A stretch of 64,000 nucleotides of DNA from Octopus sinensis (taxonomy: Eukaryota), in NCBI RefSeq assembly GCF_006345805.1, contig NC_043006.1, positions 79,112,001 to 79,176,000 of the forward strand, read 5' to 3'. Under the pieces are notes generated by a model, which was not told where the DNA came from, ran no database searches, and saw only the letters and a program-made list of their open reading frames with translations. Position numbers and translations under genes: made by a program. This document shows positions 39,701 through 54,339 of this stretch, one piece after another (the first letter of the stretch is position 1; every line of letters begins with the position of its first letter).

Positions 39701-41080
39701 GGACTGCTTGATTGGATGCTTGATGAGATCTGAGCCATTGATGTGAAAACCCGAAAAATACCAACGAGCATACATAATTTCCACATAAACAGTGACGTAG
39801 ACCGCTTCTATCTAAATTGAAAACAAGGCGGCAAAGGTTTAACATCGATCCAAAATGCCTTTGAATGTCGCATCATATAACTTCGGCAACATCTTTTAAC
39901 TACCAAGTGTCGAAGTTCATCCCTTGACCAAGTTTGCGTACATGAGGCTGATAACATCATAAGACTCGGAAGGTAGCTCCTTGAGCAACACTCTTTGTCT
40001 GATAACCTAGAACACATGCCCAAAGAAGTCGCACGACTCTACCTCAACGTATCATCTGATGAAAGGATGAGCCTATATGAGCAGAAGATTATGGATATGT
40101 TAGTAGATTATGGATATGTTATGGATATGATAGTAACATCGATCATCAAAGCAGTTTATCATGGACCAATAGCCGAATTACTACCTCCCACTTCGAAGGG
40201 TAAGCGTTTGCAATCCAGGAACAGGAAATATCAACCAAGTGCCTGATGCACAAAAGGGATAGAGATGCAGGATAAGCCGTAAAATGTGACAACCGATGCA
40301 GACTTTGTGGAGTTCACACTGAAGACATCTCCCACATCATAAGCAGTTGTCCGCAAATGTCATCACGGTATTATCTACCGATGAGACATGGTGTTGTAGC
40401 TAGGATATTCTATAATGAAATCTATCGAAAGGATAATCCCGAGGACAAAGAAATAAGAATCCACAATATTGTAGAAGCCATAGGCACTCATAATAAAAAG
40501 GAATACTGGTAGAATGTACCAGTGAAGACCTCAATAAAATGTAAGCACAACAGACCTGATATAGTGATTTGGGATAGAGAAGAGAAACTGTGCACAGTTG
40601 AGGAAATTAGCTGCCCAGTGGATGTTAACCTAAAGCTGAAGATCAGTGAAAAAGAGAACACCTATGCTGAACAACTGAGAAATCTGCAGTTACTCTATCC
40701 AGATTACAAGTTCATGTTTATACCTGTAATTATTGGGACCCTGGGATATGTAACACACTGCCTAAATACCAATCTTGAGAAAGTAGGCTTCCTAAAACCA
40801 GAAAGGAGAGAGCTGATTCGAAGACTACAGATCCAATCCCTCACTGGAACTGTAAAAATCTGTAAAACTTACCTGAAGTTTATCATTTAAATATATAAGA
40901 GCATGTCTAGATATGCAACTATATGCATGAGAATATAATACATAAAGCACACAAATCTGCACATACAAAAATACATACAAACAAAATTACCCTGTTGAAA
41001 TTCCAATGGAGGAACCTTGGATCTAGGTTAGAAACTAGTTCTTTCTCTATTGGCAAGAAATATTGAAATAAACTGAATAA
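39700..41080 (+). mobile_element. 5'-truncated R4/Dong-like non-LTR retrotransposon (post-RT region, CCHC knuckle, REL endonuclease)
   Basis: IDVKTRK…[15 protein letters not shown]; CRLC…HIISSC; KHNRPDIVIWD…EISCP; IPVIIGTLG. Confidence 0.9.
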
Positions 41081-41848
41081 TGATATACACACATACATAT
41101 ATATATTCATTCATTACACTGTGGAACAAATTTTTTAAAAAATTTTTGTGCCTCGAATTTTTGAGTCAGTGCTAGGTATGTTCATACTACCGAAGAAAAA
41201 CTTGACTTTCATTTGTTTCTAGCTCTAGTTCTTTGGATAGTACATTTATTGATGTTGACTACTTTGATAATATAAACCGAAAATTTCTAGTGCTGAGCGT
41301 AGAGGAACTAAAGGCAGGTATATTCGAGGGCCAGAAATCAGGAAACTCCCGTACGAACCAAATTCCCATGGTTCGATGAGTTATGCTAAGGCAGATCCGT
41401 AGTCATCGTTCACTCTGGATGTAAGATATTCGGGGGTGGGGAGAGACTCATAAAGTAGATAACTACTCTGAACTAGTAGAGAACATGCTCTCTTTTCCTT
41501 TTTGTCAACTTGGTTGTAATATGAACTTCAAACTGTGTTACTGTCAGCTCGCCGTCTAAGTATTTATTAATATAATTAAAAGCCTGACAAAAGCGGCAAG
41601 CTGGTAGAATCGTTAGTAAAGCGGACAAAGTACTTAGCAGCATTTCACTAGTCTTAACGTTTTAAGTTCGAATTCTTCTGAAGTTAACTTTTCCTTTTAT
41701 CCTTTCGGGATCGATAAAATAAGTACCAGTTATACACTGGTCTACTTAGCTCTTCATTTCTTCGGAGGCGGTAAAATATAGTGCCAGTTGAGCACTGGTA
41801 CTATATTTTAATCGACTTACCACCATTCCCCAAAATTTCAGGCCTTGG

Positions 41849-41901
<53 letters not shown>

Positions 41902-42419
41902 CAATAATAATAACTATAAACTTTTCTGCTAAAGTCACAAATCCTGAAATTTGGAAGTGGCCAGTCGATTAGATCGTCCCCAGTACACAACTGGTACTTA
42001 ATTTGTCAACTCCGAAAGAATGAAAGGCAAATTCAACCTCGGCGGAATTTAAACTCAGAACATAGCGACGGGCGAAAAACCGCTAGACATTTCGTCCAGC
42101 GTGTAAATATTTCAGCCAGCTCGCTGCTAAGTTAATAATAATGTGTATATTTACTAATGCCTGGTTCTTATAATCTATTTGTATTCTAATTATATTTTAT
42201 CTTCTATAGCTGGAGTACTGCCAGTTACTTTGTTTTGAGGGATTTTTGCTGGGGTCTTTTCGTTTCTTTTTCTCTAATTGTTAGGGATTTAGAGCAAGTT
42301 GTATATTTCTTATTTGGTTTTCATTGAGAACTACATCAATTCCAATTAGCGTTGCTCTGTAATTAGCTTATCTTTCTAATGAAAGTCTTTTCAGTTAGAT
42401 TATCATTTTCACGTGTGTG

Positions 42420-42533
<114 letters not shown>

Positions 42534-44143
42534 TATATGATTATACGTCATACTTCAGTTGGCAAATGGAAATATAACGACGGGAGAATGTCAGTTTTTG
42601 CGCAGAAAACAGAAAGATAAATTAATGAAAAAGCTAAGGTAATTAGACCAAAACTGTTAATTAACTAACAATGCATGACTTGTACGCAATGTCAACACAA
42701 ATCTATTCAATGACATTATAATATGCATACATAAATAAGGTTTTATTCAGTTACTTAACTAAAACAATGAAACCAAGAATATTTAAATATGCCTTTTATT
42801 GGAGTTTTCTATAACATTGTTTTCGTGTGACACATTTGTGATGTCTGATTTTTGCAATTTGTTTTCTGGATCCGTTTGACCGACCGCCTACTTCTCAAAC
42901 GACTGTTTATCAATGATCTAGGACGACATAAAACGCAACAGCAACGTCAGTGGAGGCGCAATGGCCCAGTGGTTAGGGCAGCGGACTCGCGGTCGGAGGA
43001 TCGCGGTTTCGATTCTCAGACCGGCCGTTGTGTGTATTTATTGAGCGAAAACACCTAAAGTTCCACGAGTCTACGACAGGGAGTGGTGGCGACCCCTGTT
43101 GTACTCTTTCGCTCCAACTTTCTCTCACTCTTTCTTCCTGTTTCTTGTCCCCCGACTTCATACGCAACCGCTGAGCCTGGATGCGCATTCATCCATCCGT
43201 CGATGCTCTCGGTATCGGGGGTTGACCTACTTTCTCTTCTGCGGGTCTTACAAATAGCAAAAGACCACGTTTCGGACTTCTTCCACTACAGGACGAAGAC
43301 CGCTTCGCTCAACAAACAAACAAACAAACAAACAGCAACGTCAGTGGTTAGGGCAGCGGACTTGCGGTCGTAAGAACGCGGTTTCGATTCCCAGACTGGG
43401 CATTGTGAGTGTTTACTGAGCAAAAACACCCAAGCTTCACGAGGCTCCGGCGGAAGTGGGTGGGGTGACCCCGCTGTACTCTTTCATCACAACTTTCTCT
43501 CACTCTTTCTTCCTACTTCTGCCACAAAGCAGAGAAACCATGGGGTAACCCACTATGGTGTGGTAAACTTTCAGATCCTAGTCTAGATTGCGAATCCTCT
43601 ATACCCCAGGATGGTTCAGCTCTCCATTCGTTAAAAGCCACCGTTTATGGAATGAGGAAAACAACGTAGCTTTCGCACCCGTGCAACCGCAGGTCTATCG
43701 CGTGTGGTTGGTGGATCTTCAAGTTGCCACACGCACTCTTTGTAGCTTAGAGTAGGCTCGAATTAGAGATTATTCTTTGTGGCTAACGGTGTGAGTCCTG
43801 ATTGGAAGAAGACAACAACTTCAAGTAATGGAAGGTATTTGATTAAGTTTTAGTGAAATCGTGTTTCATTACATGACTGTTGTTGTACACAAGGGCAACA
43901 CTTAGAACAACAAAGATGTTTCAGTCATGTGACCGCGGCCATGCTGGAGCACCGCCTTTAGTCGAGCAAATCGACCCGAGCTTATTCTTTGTAAGCCTAG
44001 TACTTATTCTATCGGTCTCTTTTTGCCGAACCGCTAAGTGATGGGGACGTAAACACACCAACATCGGTTGTCAAGCGATGTTGCGGGGGGACAAACACAG
44101 ACACACAAGCATACACACACACACACATACACACACACACACA

Positions 44144-44187
<44 letters not shown>

Positions 44188-44336
44188 TGCATCTGCACGA
44201 AGTTTTGTCAGTGATCAGGTTGCGGTCTGAAAGCGATGAAAATATTTCGACAAATTAAATTTAAATGTTGAAGTGAATCTAACGGTTTTGTGTGTTTCTT
44301 AAATGGCTTATAAACACCTTCCACGCTGCAATTGTT

Positions 44337-44433
<97 letters not shown>

Positions 44434-44983
44434 GACACAGGTGATATATTATATATTTGAAATTAAAAAACAAAAAAGAAATGAATAAATTAAATAAAAG
44501 TGACGAGTGGTAGAGTTGTTAGCACTCCGGACAAAATGCTTAGCGGCATCTCATCCGTATTTACGTTCGGAGTTCATATTCCGCCGAGGTCGACTTTGCC
44601 TTTCATCCTTTCAAGGTCAATGAAATAAGTACCAGTTGAACAATGAGGTCAATGTAATCGACTTAACCCCTCTCCTGAAATAGCTGGCCTTGTGCCAAAA
44701 TTTAAAATCAATGTTGCATGTATAATTAAGGCAGGTAACCAGCAGAATCGTCGGCACGCCGGGCAAAATGCTTTGTAGTATGTCATCCGACTTTACGTTC
44801 GGAATTCAAATTCCGCCGAGGTCGACTTTGCCTTTCATCCTTTAATGGGTTAATAAAATAAGTACTGGTTGTCTTACCCCAAACCCCAAAATTACTAGCC
44901 TTGTGCTTGAAATCCTTATTAGGACGATATATAATATTTCTACTGACATTTCATGATTTTAAGTTTTGTTTCTTTTTTTACAG

Positions 44984-45121
44984 ATCTTATGAGGACTCAC
45001 TTGGCATTCTTGGCTATTGGACTCGTCACTTATCTTGCTGCGTTTATATCTGGAATAGCTGTCTGTTGTTCAAGGGCTTCGAAATGGGCTCTTTTATCAA
45101 CGGTGTTTACCTACACCACAG
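44984..45121 (+). CDS. Coding exon (phase 1-1) of claudin-like gene; TM2 and start of TM3, LMRTHLAFLAIGLVTYLAAFISGIAVCCSRASKWALLSTVFTYTT
   Basis: Acceptor tcttttttacag, donor gtatgt; 138 nt; hydrophobic helix followed by CC and basic residues, then a second helix. Confidence 0.9.
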
Positions 45122-45747
45122 GTATGTATACACATCGTTAATCTTAAGGATTATATTCAAATCTAGAATCTGTCATAACGATTAAGGAAGGTAAGCGTAA
45201 CAATTAGGTAAAATATAAAATCCTTTGAGGTGATGACATTCACTGAATTCTAAAAAGCAGGGGTCTCAAAATTTCTTGCCATTATACTTTTGGACGACAA
45301 ATCCATTCACTGTGCCGCCATCCTTAACTGTTGACTTCTTACAAGCAGGAAGAATATGTTTTTATTGAATAAACCTGCCGATGTTATTTACGGTGCTTAT
45401 TTTATCGACCGCTGGAAAGCCGAAATATTAAAGGAAATCCCTATGACTATGAACGCAAAAGCGTGAAATTCCAAGTGAGTCCCAGAGAAGGGTTTATTCT
45501 GGTATATAACTGTTCGACTGTTTTTATCATCGCTGAAATGACTTTGATCTTTGGTTTGTTTGGTTTACAGCCGACCTTGAATTAAACAATAACAATACCT
45601 TTGCAAAAAGCCTGAATATAATAGCTACTATTCCCCCTACACACACACACACACATATCAATTGAAAGCAATATCACAGACTGGTAATACAACATAAATA
45701 TTGTAATGCAATATAATGCAATATAAATATAACACAATATAAATACA

Positions 45748-46292
45748 AGAGCACTCAGAGAGCGCAAACCTCTGCCAAGTCAACATCAACGTCCTCTCAA
45801 CAATTAGCCCGAGATGATTTTTAAAATGAGAATGTCTGAAATAAGCTCGACTGCTCTCACAAACGAGAATACTAAAAATGAACCCGACCGTTCTCAAAAA
45901 TTAAGTTTAAAAAAAACGGAAAAATAATCCAGAATCCTTGTCCAATACAGTAATAAATAGTTTATCCTTATCTAAAACAAGCCAAACTTTAAAAATTCAC
46001 TATTGAAAATAGTTACAACCTGAAGGGGAATAATTCAGAAAGATTTGAAAGTTAACGTAAGATCGTAATCATTTAAAGTAAAGTAAATATAACAAATTAT
46101 CCAGAATGCTTGTTCGGTGCCAGATCGATCCCAAAATCTAATCAGTTCGTGCCAGTCACGAGGACAAACATCTCTGGAAATTTCATCCGAATCCATCCAG
46201 CAGTTCTTGAGATATCTTGTCCACGGACAAACAAACAAGCAAACAAACGCGACTGAAAACAATATCTCCGTCTTCGCTAAGGCGGAGGTAAT
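45748..46292 (+). mobile_element. Non-autonomous element ACAAGAGCACTCAGAGAGCGCAAACCTC…GGCGGAGGTAAT (HINE-like)
   Basis: Subterminal complementary motifs, (AAAC)n near the 3' end, inserted in an (AATAT)-type low-complexity tract. Confidence 0.5.
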
Positions 46293-46962
46293 AATACAAT
46301 ATAAATATAAACACAATATAAACATAATGCAATATAAACATAACACAATATAAATATAATACAACAAGCTGAGGTACCCGGTAAAAAATTATTGTTAATA
46401 AGATGTCTGTTTATAGCCATGAAACATTTTTCGTCAAATTTCGGCATTTTTCAAAAAATTAAAATCTATATTAATGGGTAGGACCAATTTGATGAAAACA
46501 TGAGCAGAGTCTGGTAGCGAACCCGTGTTGTCGTTATTTTTGTACATGTGCGTAAAATGGCGAAATTTTACACATTGGGGTAAATTTCTTCAAATTGATA
46601 TTACGACGGCTAGTGCGCAAAATGCCTAAATTTTGCTTGAGAAATAAAATGGTCTTACCTAATCAAAACCTGAAACGCTGGGCGATTAAAACATCTAATT
46701 GAAATAATAAGTTTTAGCAAACCAAAACAATTCATAATGAAATAAATAATTAGCAAATGCTAAATAAATTACCGTTAATAAGCTATCTGTTTATACCCAT
46801 GAGACATTTCTCGTCAAATTTCGGTACTTTTCGTCAAATTGATGTCACGATGGCTAGTGCGAAAAATGGCGAGATTTTACGATTTTTGAAAATCGATGCT
46901 GATTTAAAATGGATTTTTTAAAAATTCCAAGTGCGTAAGTGACGGCATGGATATAAGCCCCA

Positions 46963-47740
46963 CATGCAGACAATCGTTTCGTAAAGAGATATAAAAATAA
47001 TGCAATTTCATGATTGAATTGAATTAAATTAATTAAATATGTTAATTAATTATATATCAATATACTCTTCAGTACAGGAAGTATAAATAATTTTTTTTAC
47101 AATGAACTTGAGAAAGGAAATAGAAGAAGAATAGAATCTAGGAGATTCGTATGTATCCTTATGAGAAAAAGAGTTGTAAGTCCTGTTAGGTATTAACTAT
47201 AACTAAATGTTATAACGGTTATTTGAAAATATAAGTAAAAGAGGTTTCAGAGACGTTCTCTCTATAAATGAGTAAGGAGATTAGAAATTTTAACTCCAAA
47301 TTTCTAATCGCCATACTCATCTATAGAGGAAACGGCTCAAACCTCTTTTATGTATATTTTCAAATTTGTTTATACTCCCTGCACTGAAGAGTACTCTTGC
47401 GCCTTTTTAAAGCCTAGCCAGGTTCATGGGCACGGTTTCCCGGTTTCTATGACGTATGTGTTCCCCAGCTGGACGGGACGCCAGTCCATCACATCGTTAC
47501 TCATTTTTGCCAGCTGAGTGGAATGAAGTGTTTTGCTCAAGAACATAACGCGTCGCCCGGTCCAGGAATCGAAACCACAATCTTACGATCATGATGCTAA
47601 CACCCTAACCACTAAGCCACGCGCTTCCTCCACTGAAGAGTTCATTGATATATAATCAATTAACATATTTAATTAATTTGATTCAATTCAATCATGAATA
47701 TGCATTATTTTTATATCTGTACGAAACGATCGTCTGCATG
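46963..47740. mobile_element. Tail-out inverted element with a hammerhead in each arm (long helix II insertion), an inner hairpin and a SINE insertion
   Basis: 46963-47090 pairs with 47370-47392 plus 47642-47740; inner IR 47222-47365; SINE 47393-47630 has 11-bp TSD cactgaagagt. Confidence 0.85.
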
Positions 47741-47854
47741 AATTAAAATCCCCTTATATATTTAAACAACTTCCCTTCTCCATTTAACTAAATTGTGGAG
47801 TTTTATGGGATTCCTTACCTTAAATTCACAACACATCACACACACACACCCATG

Positions 47855-47889
<35 letters not shown>

Positions 47890-48063
47890 TATATATATAT
47901 TATATATATATATATATAATATATATATATATTATATATATATATATGGCTGTTCTATCTCTCTCTCATTTCTCTTTCTAATTTGTCCTTTTTTACTTAT
48001 CTTCCCCTTGTGTCACTTACAGTCTGCTTCTTTCATACAGCTTCTCTTTCTCTCTCTCTCTCT

Positions 48064-48122
<59 letters not shown>

Positions 48123-48153
48123 AATTAATATCGCCCTATTTCTATATTTTCAG

Positions 48154-48263
48154 CATTTTGTGTGTCATTGGCGATGGCTTCGTTCCACGGCGTGGAATAC
48201 CTTGAAAGGAATAAGATTAAAGATACAATTGGGAATATTATTTTTCGGAAGGAATGGCCACGG
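48154..48263 (+). CDS. Coding exon (phase 1-0) of claudin-like gene; end of TM3 and second extracellular loop, AFCVSLAMASFHGVEYLERNKIKDTIGNIIFRKEWPR
   Basis: Acceptor tctatattttcag, donor gtaagt at 48264; 110 nt; phases match both neighbouring exons. Confidence 0.9.
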
Positions 48264-48697
48264 GTAAGTAAACAACATGTAGCTTATATACACACATATA
48301 TAATGTGGATGGTAGTCTCCCGTGGTCCGATGGTTCTGCAATTTTTTTTTTTTTTTTTTGCTGAACAACCTGCAGAAATGCTCTGTTTGTAGTAATCAAA
48401 TATGTTATTACACAATTTTTATACTGTTGTAAGTCCATCCAACAGATTATTTTCTACCGTTATAGAATTAATTTTATGTCCAGCCTTTGAACTCGCTAGT
48501 AAGCTTTAACGGGCGTGATTTTGTTCGACTGTATCCCAAGAAGACGCAAAAGCGGGAGGCTACATGGGTTAGTATTTACGACTGGGAATAATCATATTTC
48601 TTCCATTAGTAAGCCATAAACACAAAACCTTTGTGGCCGCTCGCTTTTGCATTTTCTCTCCCTCATTTAACTATCTAAAACAAATTTATCTTCTATA

Positions 48698-48864
48698 TAG
48701 GCGCAGGAGTGGCTGTGTGGTAAGTAGCTTACTTACCAACGACATGGTTCCGGGTTCAGTCCCACTGCGTGGCACCTTGGGCAAGTGTCTTCTGCTGTAG
48801 CCTCGGGCCGACCAATGCCTTGTGAGTGGAGTTGGTAGATGGAAACTGAAAGAAGCCTGTCGTA

Positions 48865-48903
<39 letters not shown>

Positions 48904-48909
48904 TATATA

Positions 48910-48944
<35 letters not shown>

Positions 48945-49190
48945 CATATGTGTGTGTGTATGTTTGTGTGTCTGTGTTTGTCCCCCAAGAATTGCTTGAC
49001 AACCGATGCTGGTGTGTTTAGGTCCCCGTCACTTAGCGGTTCGGCAAAAGAGACCGATAGAATAAGTACTGGGCTTACAAAGAAGAAGTCCCGGGGTCGA
49101 TTTGCTCGACTAAACGCGGTGCTCCAGCGTGGCCGCAGTCAAATGACTGAAACTAGTAAAAGAGTAAAATAGAGTAAAAGAGTATATCTA
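48698..49190 (+). mobile_element. Full-length composite SINE with internal microsatellite
   Basis: tRNA-like head, CORE-like segment, (TA)n(TG)n, 3' domain, AAAGAGT repeats. Confidence 0.88.
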
Positions 49191-50219
49191 CAAAACAGTC
49201 CTTGGACGAAAATTGTATGCACATTTTGCTTTGACGGTTAATGGCGGCCAAACCGAGGCTATGATCGAGCTGGAAATTGGCAGGGATACTAAATGCGTGG
49301 TGAGGATGAGACCCGCGATGGTTAAAATTCGCAAGCTATAAAGATGTAGTTGCTATGGCAAAAAGAGTGATTTTTTTCTCGGTTTGTGCGATTGACATTT
49401 AATGCCCAGCGGCAAGCACTGCAGGCTGTTGTGCTTAATAAACATACATTTTGTCGCGAAATTCCGGCTACGAGGAAACGATTTTTCATTGTGAAAAAAT
49501 GAGTGCCTTTTGCCCTCATTTCTTTTTTAATTTTTAATAAAATTTTCGTTTTTTTTTTTTAAATTCCGAATAAACCCGAGTGAAATCGGGTTATAATACT
49601 AGTATTCCTATAATTTATAAACCCTTAAACCTCCAACGCAATAATAATCATAAAAACGAATAAATCTAACTCAATAATAATCCCAAAGTAGCCTCACAAA
49701 CTAAGTACAATTAGAGATAATAACTAAAGATAAACTAAGATTAACTCATCTTCAAGAAAAAAAACTTAGAATCAACCATCGATACTTATATTTCAAATAT
49801 TAATAACATGTTTAAACTAACTGGCAGAAACATTAGCAAACCGGGCGAAATGCTTAGCGGTATTTCGTCTGCCGCTACGTTCTGAGTTCAAATTCCGCCG
49901 AGGTCAACTTTGCCTTTTATCCTTTCGGGGTCGATTAAATAAGTACAAGTTACGCACTGGGGTCAATATAATCGACTTAATCCGTTTGTCTGTCCTTGTT
50001 TGTTCTCTCTGTGTTTAGCCCCCTGTGGGCAGTAAAGAAATAAGTATTTCGTCTCTCTTTACGTTCTGAGTTTAAATTCCGCCGATAAATTAAGTACCAG
50101 TTGCGTAATCGGGTCGATCTCATCGATTGGCCCCCTCCCCAAAAAATTTCGGGCCTTATACCTAGAGTAGAAAAGTATATTTCCATTGAGACAAGAATAC
50201 ACGCACACGTACACACACA

Positions 50220-50261
<42 letters not shown>

Positions 50262-50678
50262 TAGCAGCTAACCTGGTTTCACCCGGTCGGTTTGGCTGAT
50301 GTGGCAGTAAAACCTGCTCTGTGTAAGCATTCGACTTATTTGGGCACGCTTACGTTAAAATACACATTTAGAATGCATTTTTTTTTTTTGTCAAAATGCT
50401 AAAAGTAACTTACCAATAAAAAACAAAAACAACCAAGATTCAGCCAAATCAGAATATAAACCCAAATACTATGCGAACAAAGATGAACCATCCCACTTCC
50501 ATTGCGCGCACGCACACACACACACGCGCAAACCTCACGCACGCATTCACGTATCCTCCCTTTTACATACATACACATATATTCACACAGAGTTGAAATG
50601 TTCTTTGATTTATTTTTTCTAAATGGTATAATTTAATATTTCATTATTGAATTGATAAAATGTGGGGGGTTTTGTAAT

Positions 50679-50709
<31 letters not shown>

Positions 50710-51256
50710 CTCTTTTACTTATTTCAGTCATTTGACTGCGGCCATGATGGAGCACCGCCTTTAGTCGAGTGCTCCATCATGGAGGGCATAATCTTTGTAA
50801 GCCTAGTGCTTATTCTATTGGTCTCTTTTTTGCCGAACCGCTAAGTTACGGGGACGTAAACACACCATCATCGGTTGCCAAGCGATGTTGGGAGGGGGAC
50901 AAACACACACACAAACACACACACATATATATACATATACATGACGGGCTTCTTGCCCAAGGTGTCATGCAGTGGGACTCAACCTGGAACCATGTGGTTG
51001 GTAAGCAAGCTACTTACCACACACACGCGCGCACGCACACACACACACACATACACTCACACACACACACACATATCTGGAAATGTAATATGTGACAATT
51101 ATTCGGTAGCCATGATAAAACTCCACGCCGCCATCTCTTCAGTTATCCGGCCATCGGAAAAAATGCTATGAAAAATGACCGTTATACAAAGGGAAATTAC
51201 TATATATATATATACACACACACACATATATATGTGTGTGTGTGTATATAGGTACA

Positions 51257-51300
<44 letters not shown>

Positions 51301-51901
51301 GTTAAATTTTCTTATAAAGTATGTCTTTAAGTATACTTCACAATATATGGACTGTATTAAGAAGTGCTCCTTGCGAGCTAAATCGAAGGATAAGGGAAAT
51401 TATAGAAGGAACACATCCAGTTAATCAATACAAATTCCAAAGCTTAATTTAAAACACGCAACGAAATAAATATACATATAAATTTACAATCAGTGAAGAA
51501 AATTACATGTAAAAGTTATGTAAAAACTATGCATGATGTACGTTGGGTTCAGGTACCGCATGGAAGAGTGACAAATAAAGAGATAAAAATTCGAGGTAAG
51601 GCCTTCCAAAAGGAACTGTTCGAATCGATTAAGAATTTGATGTTTGTACGAAATGTCGGATGAGTGTTCAAAATTTAAAAATTCAGGGCTAAATAGGTAG
51701 ATAAATACAAATTCGGGCGAATTCGGGTAAATGATGTGTGTATGTATGTATGTATGTATGTATGTATGTATGTATGTATGTATGTATGTGTGTATGTATG
51801 TATGTATGTATGTATGCACGTATGTATGTGTGTAAACACAAAGAGGGTTAGTCCACATTATTCTGTAAGGAGCATAGGGCCAATATCACGGCTTCTCTGG
51901 C

Positions 51902-51987
<86 letters not shown>

Positions 51988-52188
51988 CAAACGAAAGAAA
52001 AGTGTACTCAGCACATTTAGAAGGGGTTATATGAATTATTTAAAATTGTTTGATTCGGTTTCACGCGACTTAAATTTTTGCAGGCCCCTAACAGGAGGCT
52101 GCAAACCAAAGTCTGAAAGAGCCTGGGTTCCTGTTAAGGGCCTGCGAAACTTTAAGTTGCATGGAACTTAATCGAACTGTTTTAAATA

Positions 52189-52240
<52 letters not shown>

Positions 52241-52357
52241 TGTGTGTGTGTGTATCACCTTGACCGACCAGTCCGTCAGGCGTCCATTTGACACCGCTGG
52301 TCACAGCACGCTGTCCACTCCTCTTTGGATCGCGCCTTTCTCATCCACGTCCAACAT

Positions 52358-52418
<61 letters not shown>

Positions 52419-52677
52419 CCCAATTAATAAGCAATTAAAACCATTAAATTTTATAAGAGTTTAAAAAACATTAACATTGTACCCTAATTACCGATCCGTA
52501 ACAAAAACCCTTGTGGCCATCTGATATTTGGATTTTCGAGGGTGGGTATAGTTAAATAACACTGCGCCTACTAAAACGCTTCTTTTTGGGGTGGGTAGGG
52601 AGTAGTCAATGGGTTAATATGAATCTTCTATTTTAATTTCTTTTTCATTATTTTCTTCTTTTTTTCTTCTTTTTCAG

Positions 52678-53076
52678 GATCTTATCGATGCCACATCTAG
52701 GTCCTATGGGTATTCATACGCCCTTGGTTGGGTTAGCATGATTCTTTCATGCATCACAGGAACATTCTATGCATTTGCCGCATGGTATTTGAAAGGAGAA
52801 CGTTACGACGAAAAATTAACATACGATACGAAGTCACGAGCCAGCGATTTTGCATACACGAATTATCCAATGGTATCCACTATTCCAGAGGTTGTATACA
52901 ACCCGTACGAGGAAACAAGACCCGTCTATGCTTATTCAGCCAAAGGGGGACCTCCAACAATGTTAATCGATAGCTCTATAAGGGGACGTCCAATGTTAAT
53001 CGATGGCTCTTCAAGAGGTCAACCAATGATGATCGATAGATCAGCAAGGGATATGTGGCAGTGGAATCCCAACTAA
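52678..53076 (+). CDS. Terminal coding exon of claudin-like gene; TM4 (DLIDATSRSYGYSYALGWVSMILSCITGTFYAFAAW) and Tyr/Pro-rich cytoplasmic tail, stop TAA 53074-53076
   Basis: Long polypyrimidine tract and ttttcag acceptor; YGYSYALGW is the typical PMP22/claudin-family motif before TM4; possible AATAAA at 53484. Confidence 0.92.
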   Translation, partial: DLIDATSRSYGYSYALGWVSMILSCITGTFYAFAAWYLKGERYDEKLTYDTKSRASDFAYTNYPMVSTIPEVVYNPYEETRPVYAYSAKGGPPTMLIDSSIRGRPMLIDGSSRGQPMMIDRSARDMWQWNPN

Positions 53077-53214
53077 TTTACAATCAGCCGCAGCCATACA
53101 TCATCCGAGAATCTGAAAGCCACAATATCAAAATATTAACCCCATTTATTACTCAAAAAATATTGTGTTAAACATTTTATAAGCAAGGAAGAGAAGCATA
53201 ACAATATAACTATG

Positions 53215-53252
<38 letters not shown>

Positions 53253-53299
53253 TATATTTATATGTATAGTTGTATATATGTGTGTGTATATGTATATAT

Positions 53300-53413
<114 letters not shown>

Positions 53414-53702
53414 ATGGTGAATGTGTCATTGATAGCGCTTTTGAGAAGGTATGAAACTGACAACCGCTTTTCACATATCTCTTAATAAAACAGCATATTA
53501 TAGAATATAAACATTAATTCATCAATACAGTTCCTGACGCATTTTCACTGCGACTCCGACGAGACTTTTCCACACTTTGTAATAAACAGCTCTATCAGGA
53601 AATAACCAGCAAATGGATGGGAATTTTTCGTGTGTTCTTAATGTCTGATCCACAATGTGTATCATTATATAATATATATATATATTATGTATAATGTATG
53701 TA

Positions 53703-53852
<150 letters not shown>

Positions 53853-54339
53853 TATATATATATATAACATTATATACATAATATATATGTCCGCATGTAT
53901 GCAAAAATATATGCATATATACATAAAAATATATACTTATATGTGTGCATGTGTGCGCGCTTGTGTTTTTGTGTGTGAGTGTGTGTGTATGTGTGTACAT
54001 ATATATATATATATATACATATATAACTTATATATTCTAAAGACAGCTTTTCTTTCTTGCATATTTCATAAGCGATGATTTTGTTTCTAATTTTTTTCAT
54101 ATCTTTGTATAAATATTTTATATATGTATGTTGTTTAATGAATCTAAGGAGGTTCTCTCCGTCACCAATTTTTCCAGATTACTATGATGATCATTTGATG
54201 TTAATTAAAACGATAATGAGTGTGCCTTGTTACTTATGTGTGTGTGTATGTGTATACATACATATACACACACTTATATATATACACAAGTATATATTAT
54301 ACATATACATGCATACATACATCCATATACAGAAATATG

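Noticed and set aside
51085-51150. Minus-strand CUGAAGA motif
   Set aside because: Followed by GAAU rather than GAAA, and helix I cannot form.
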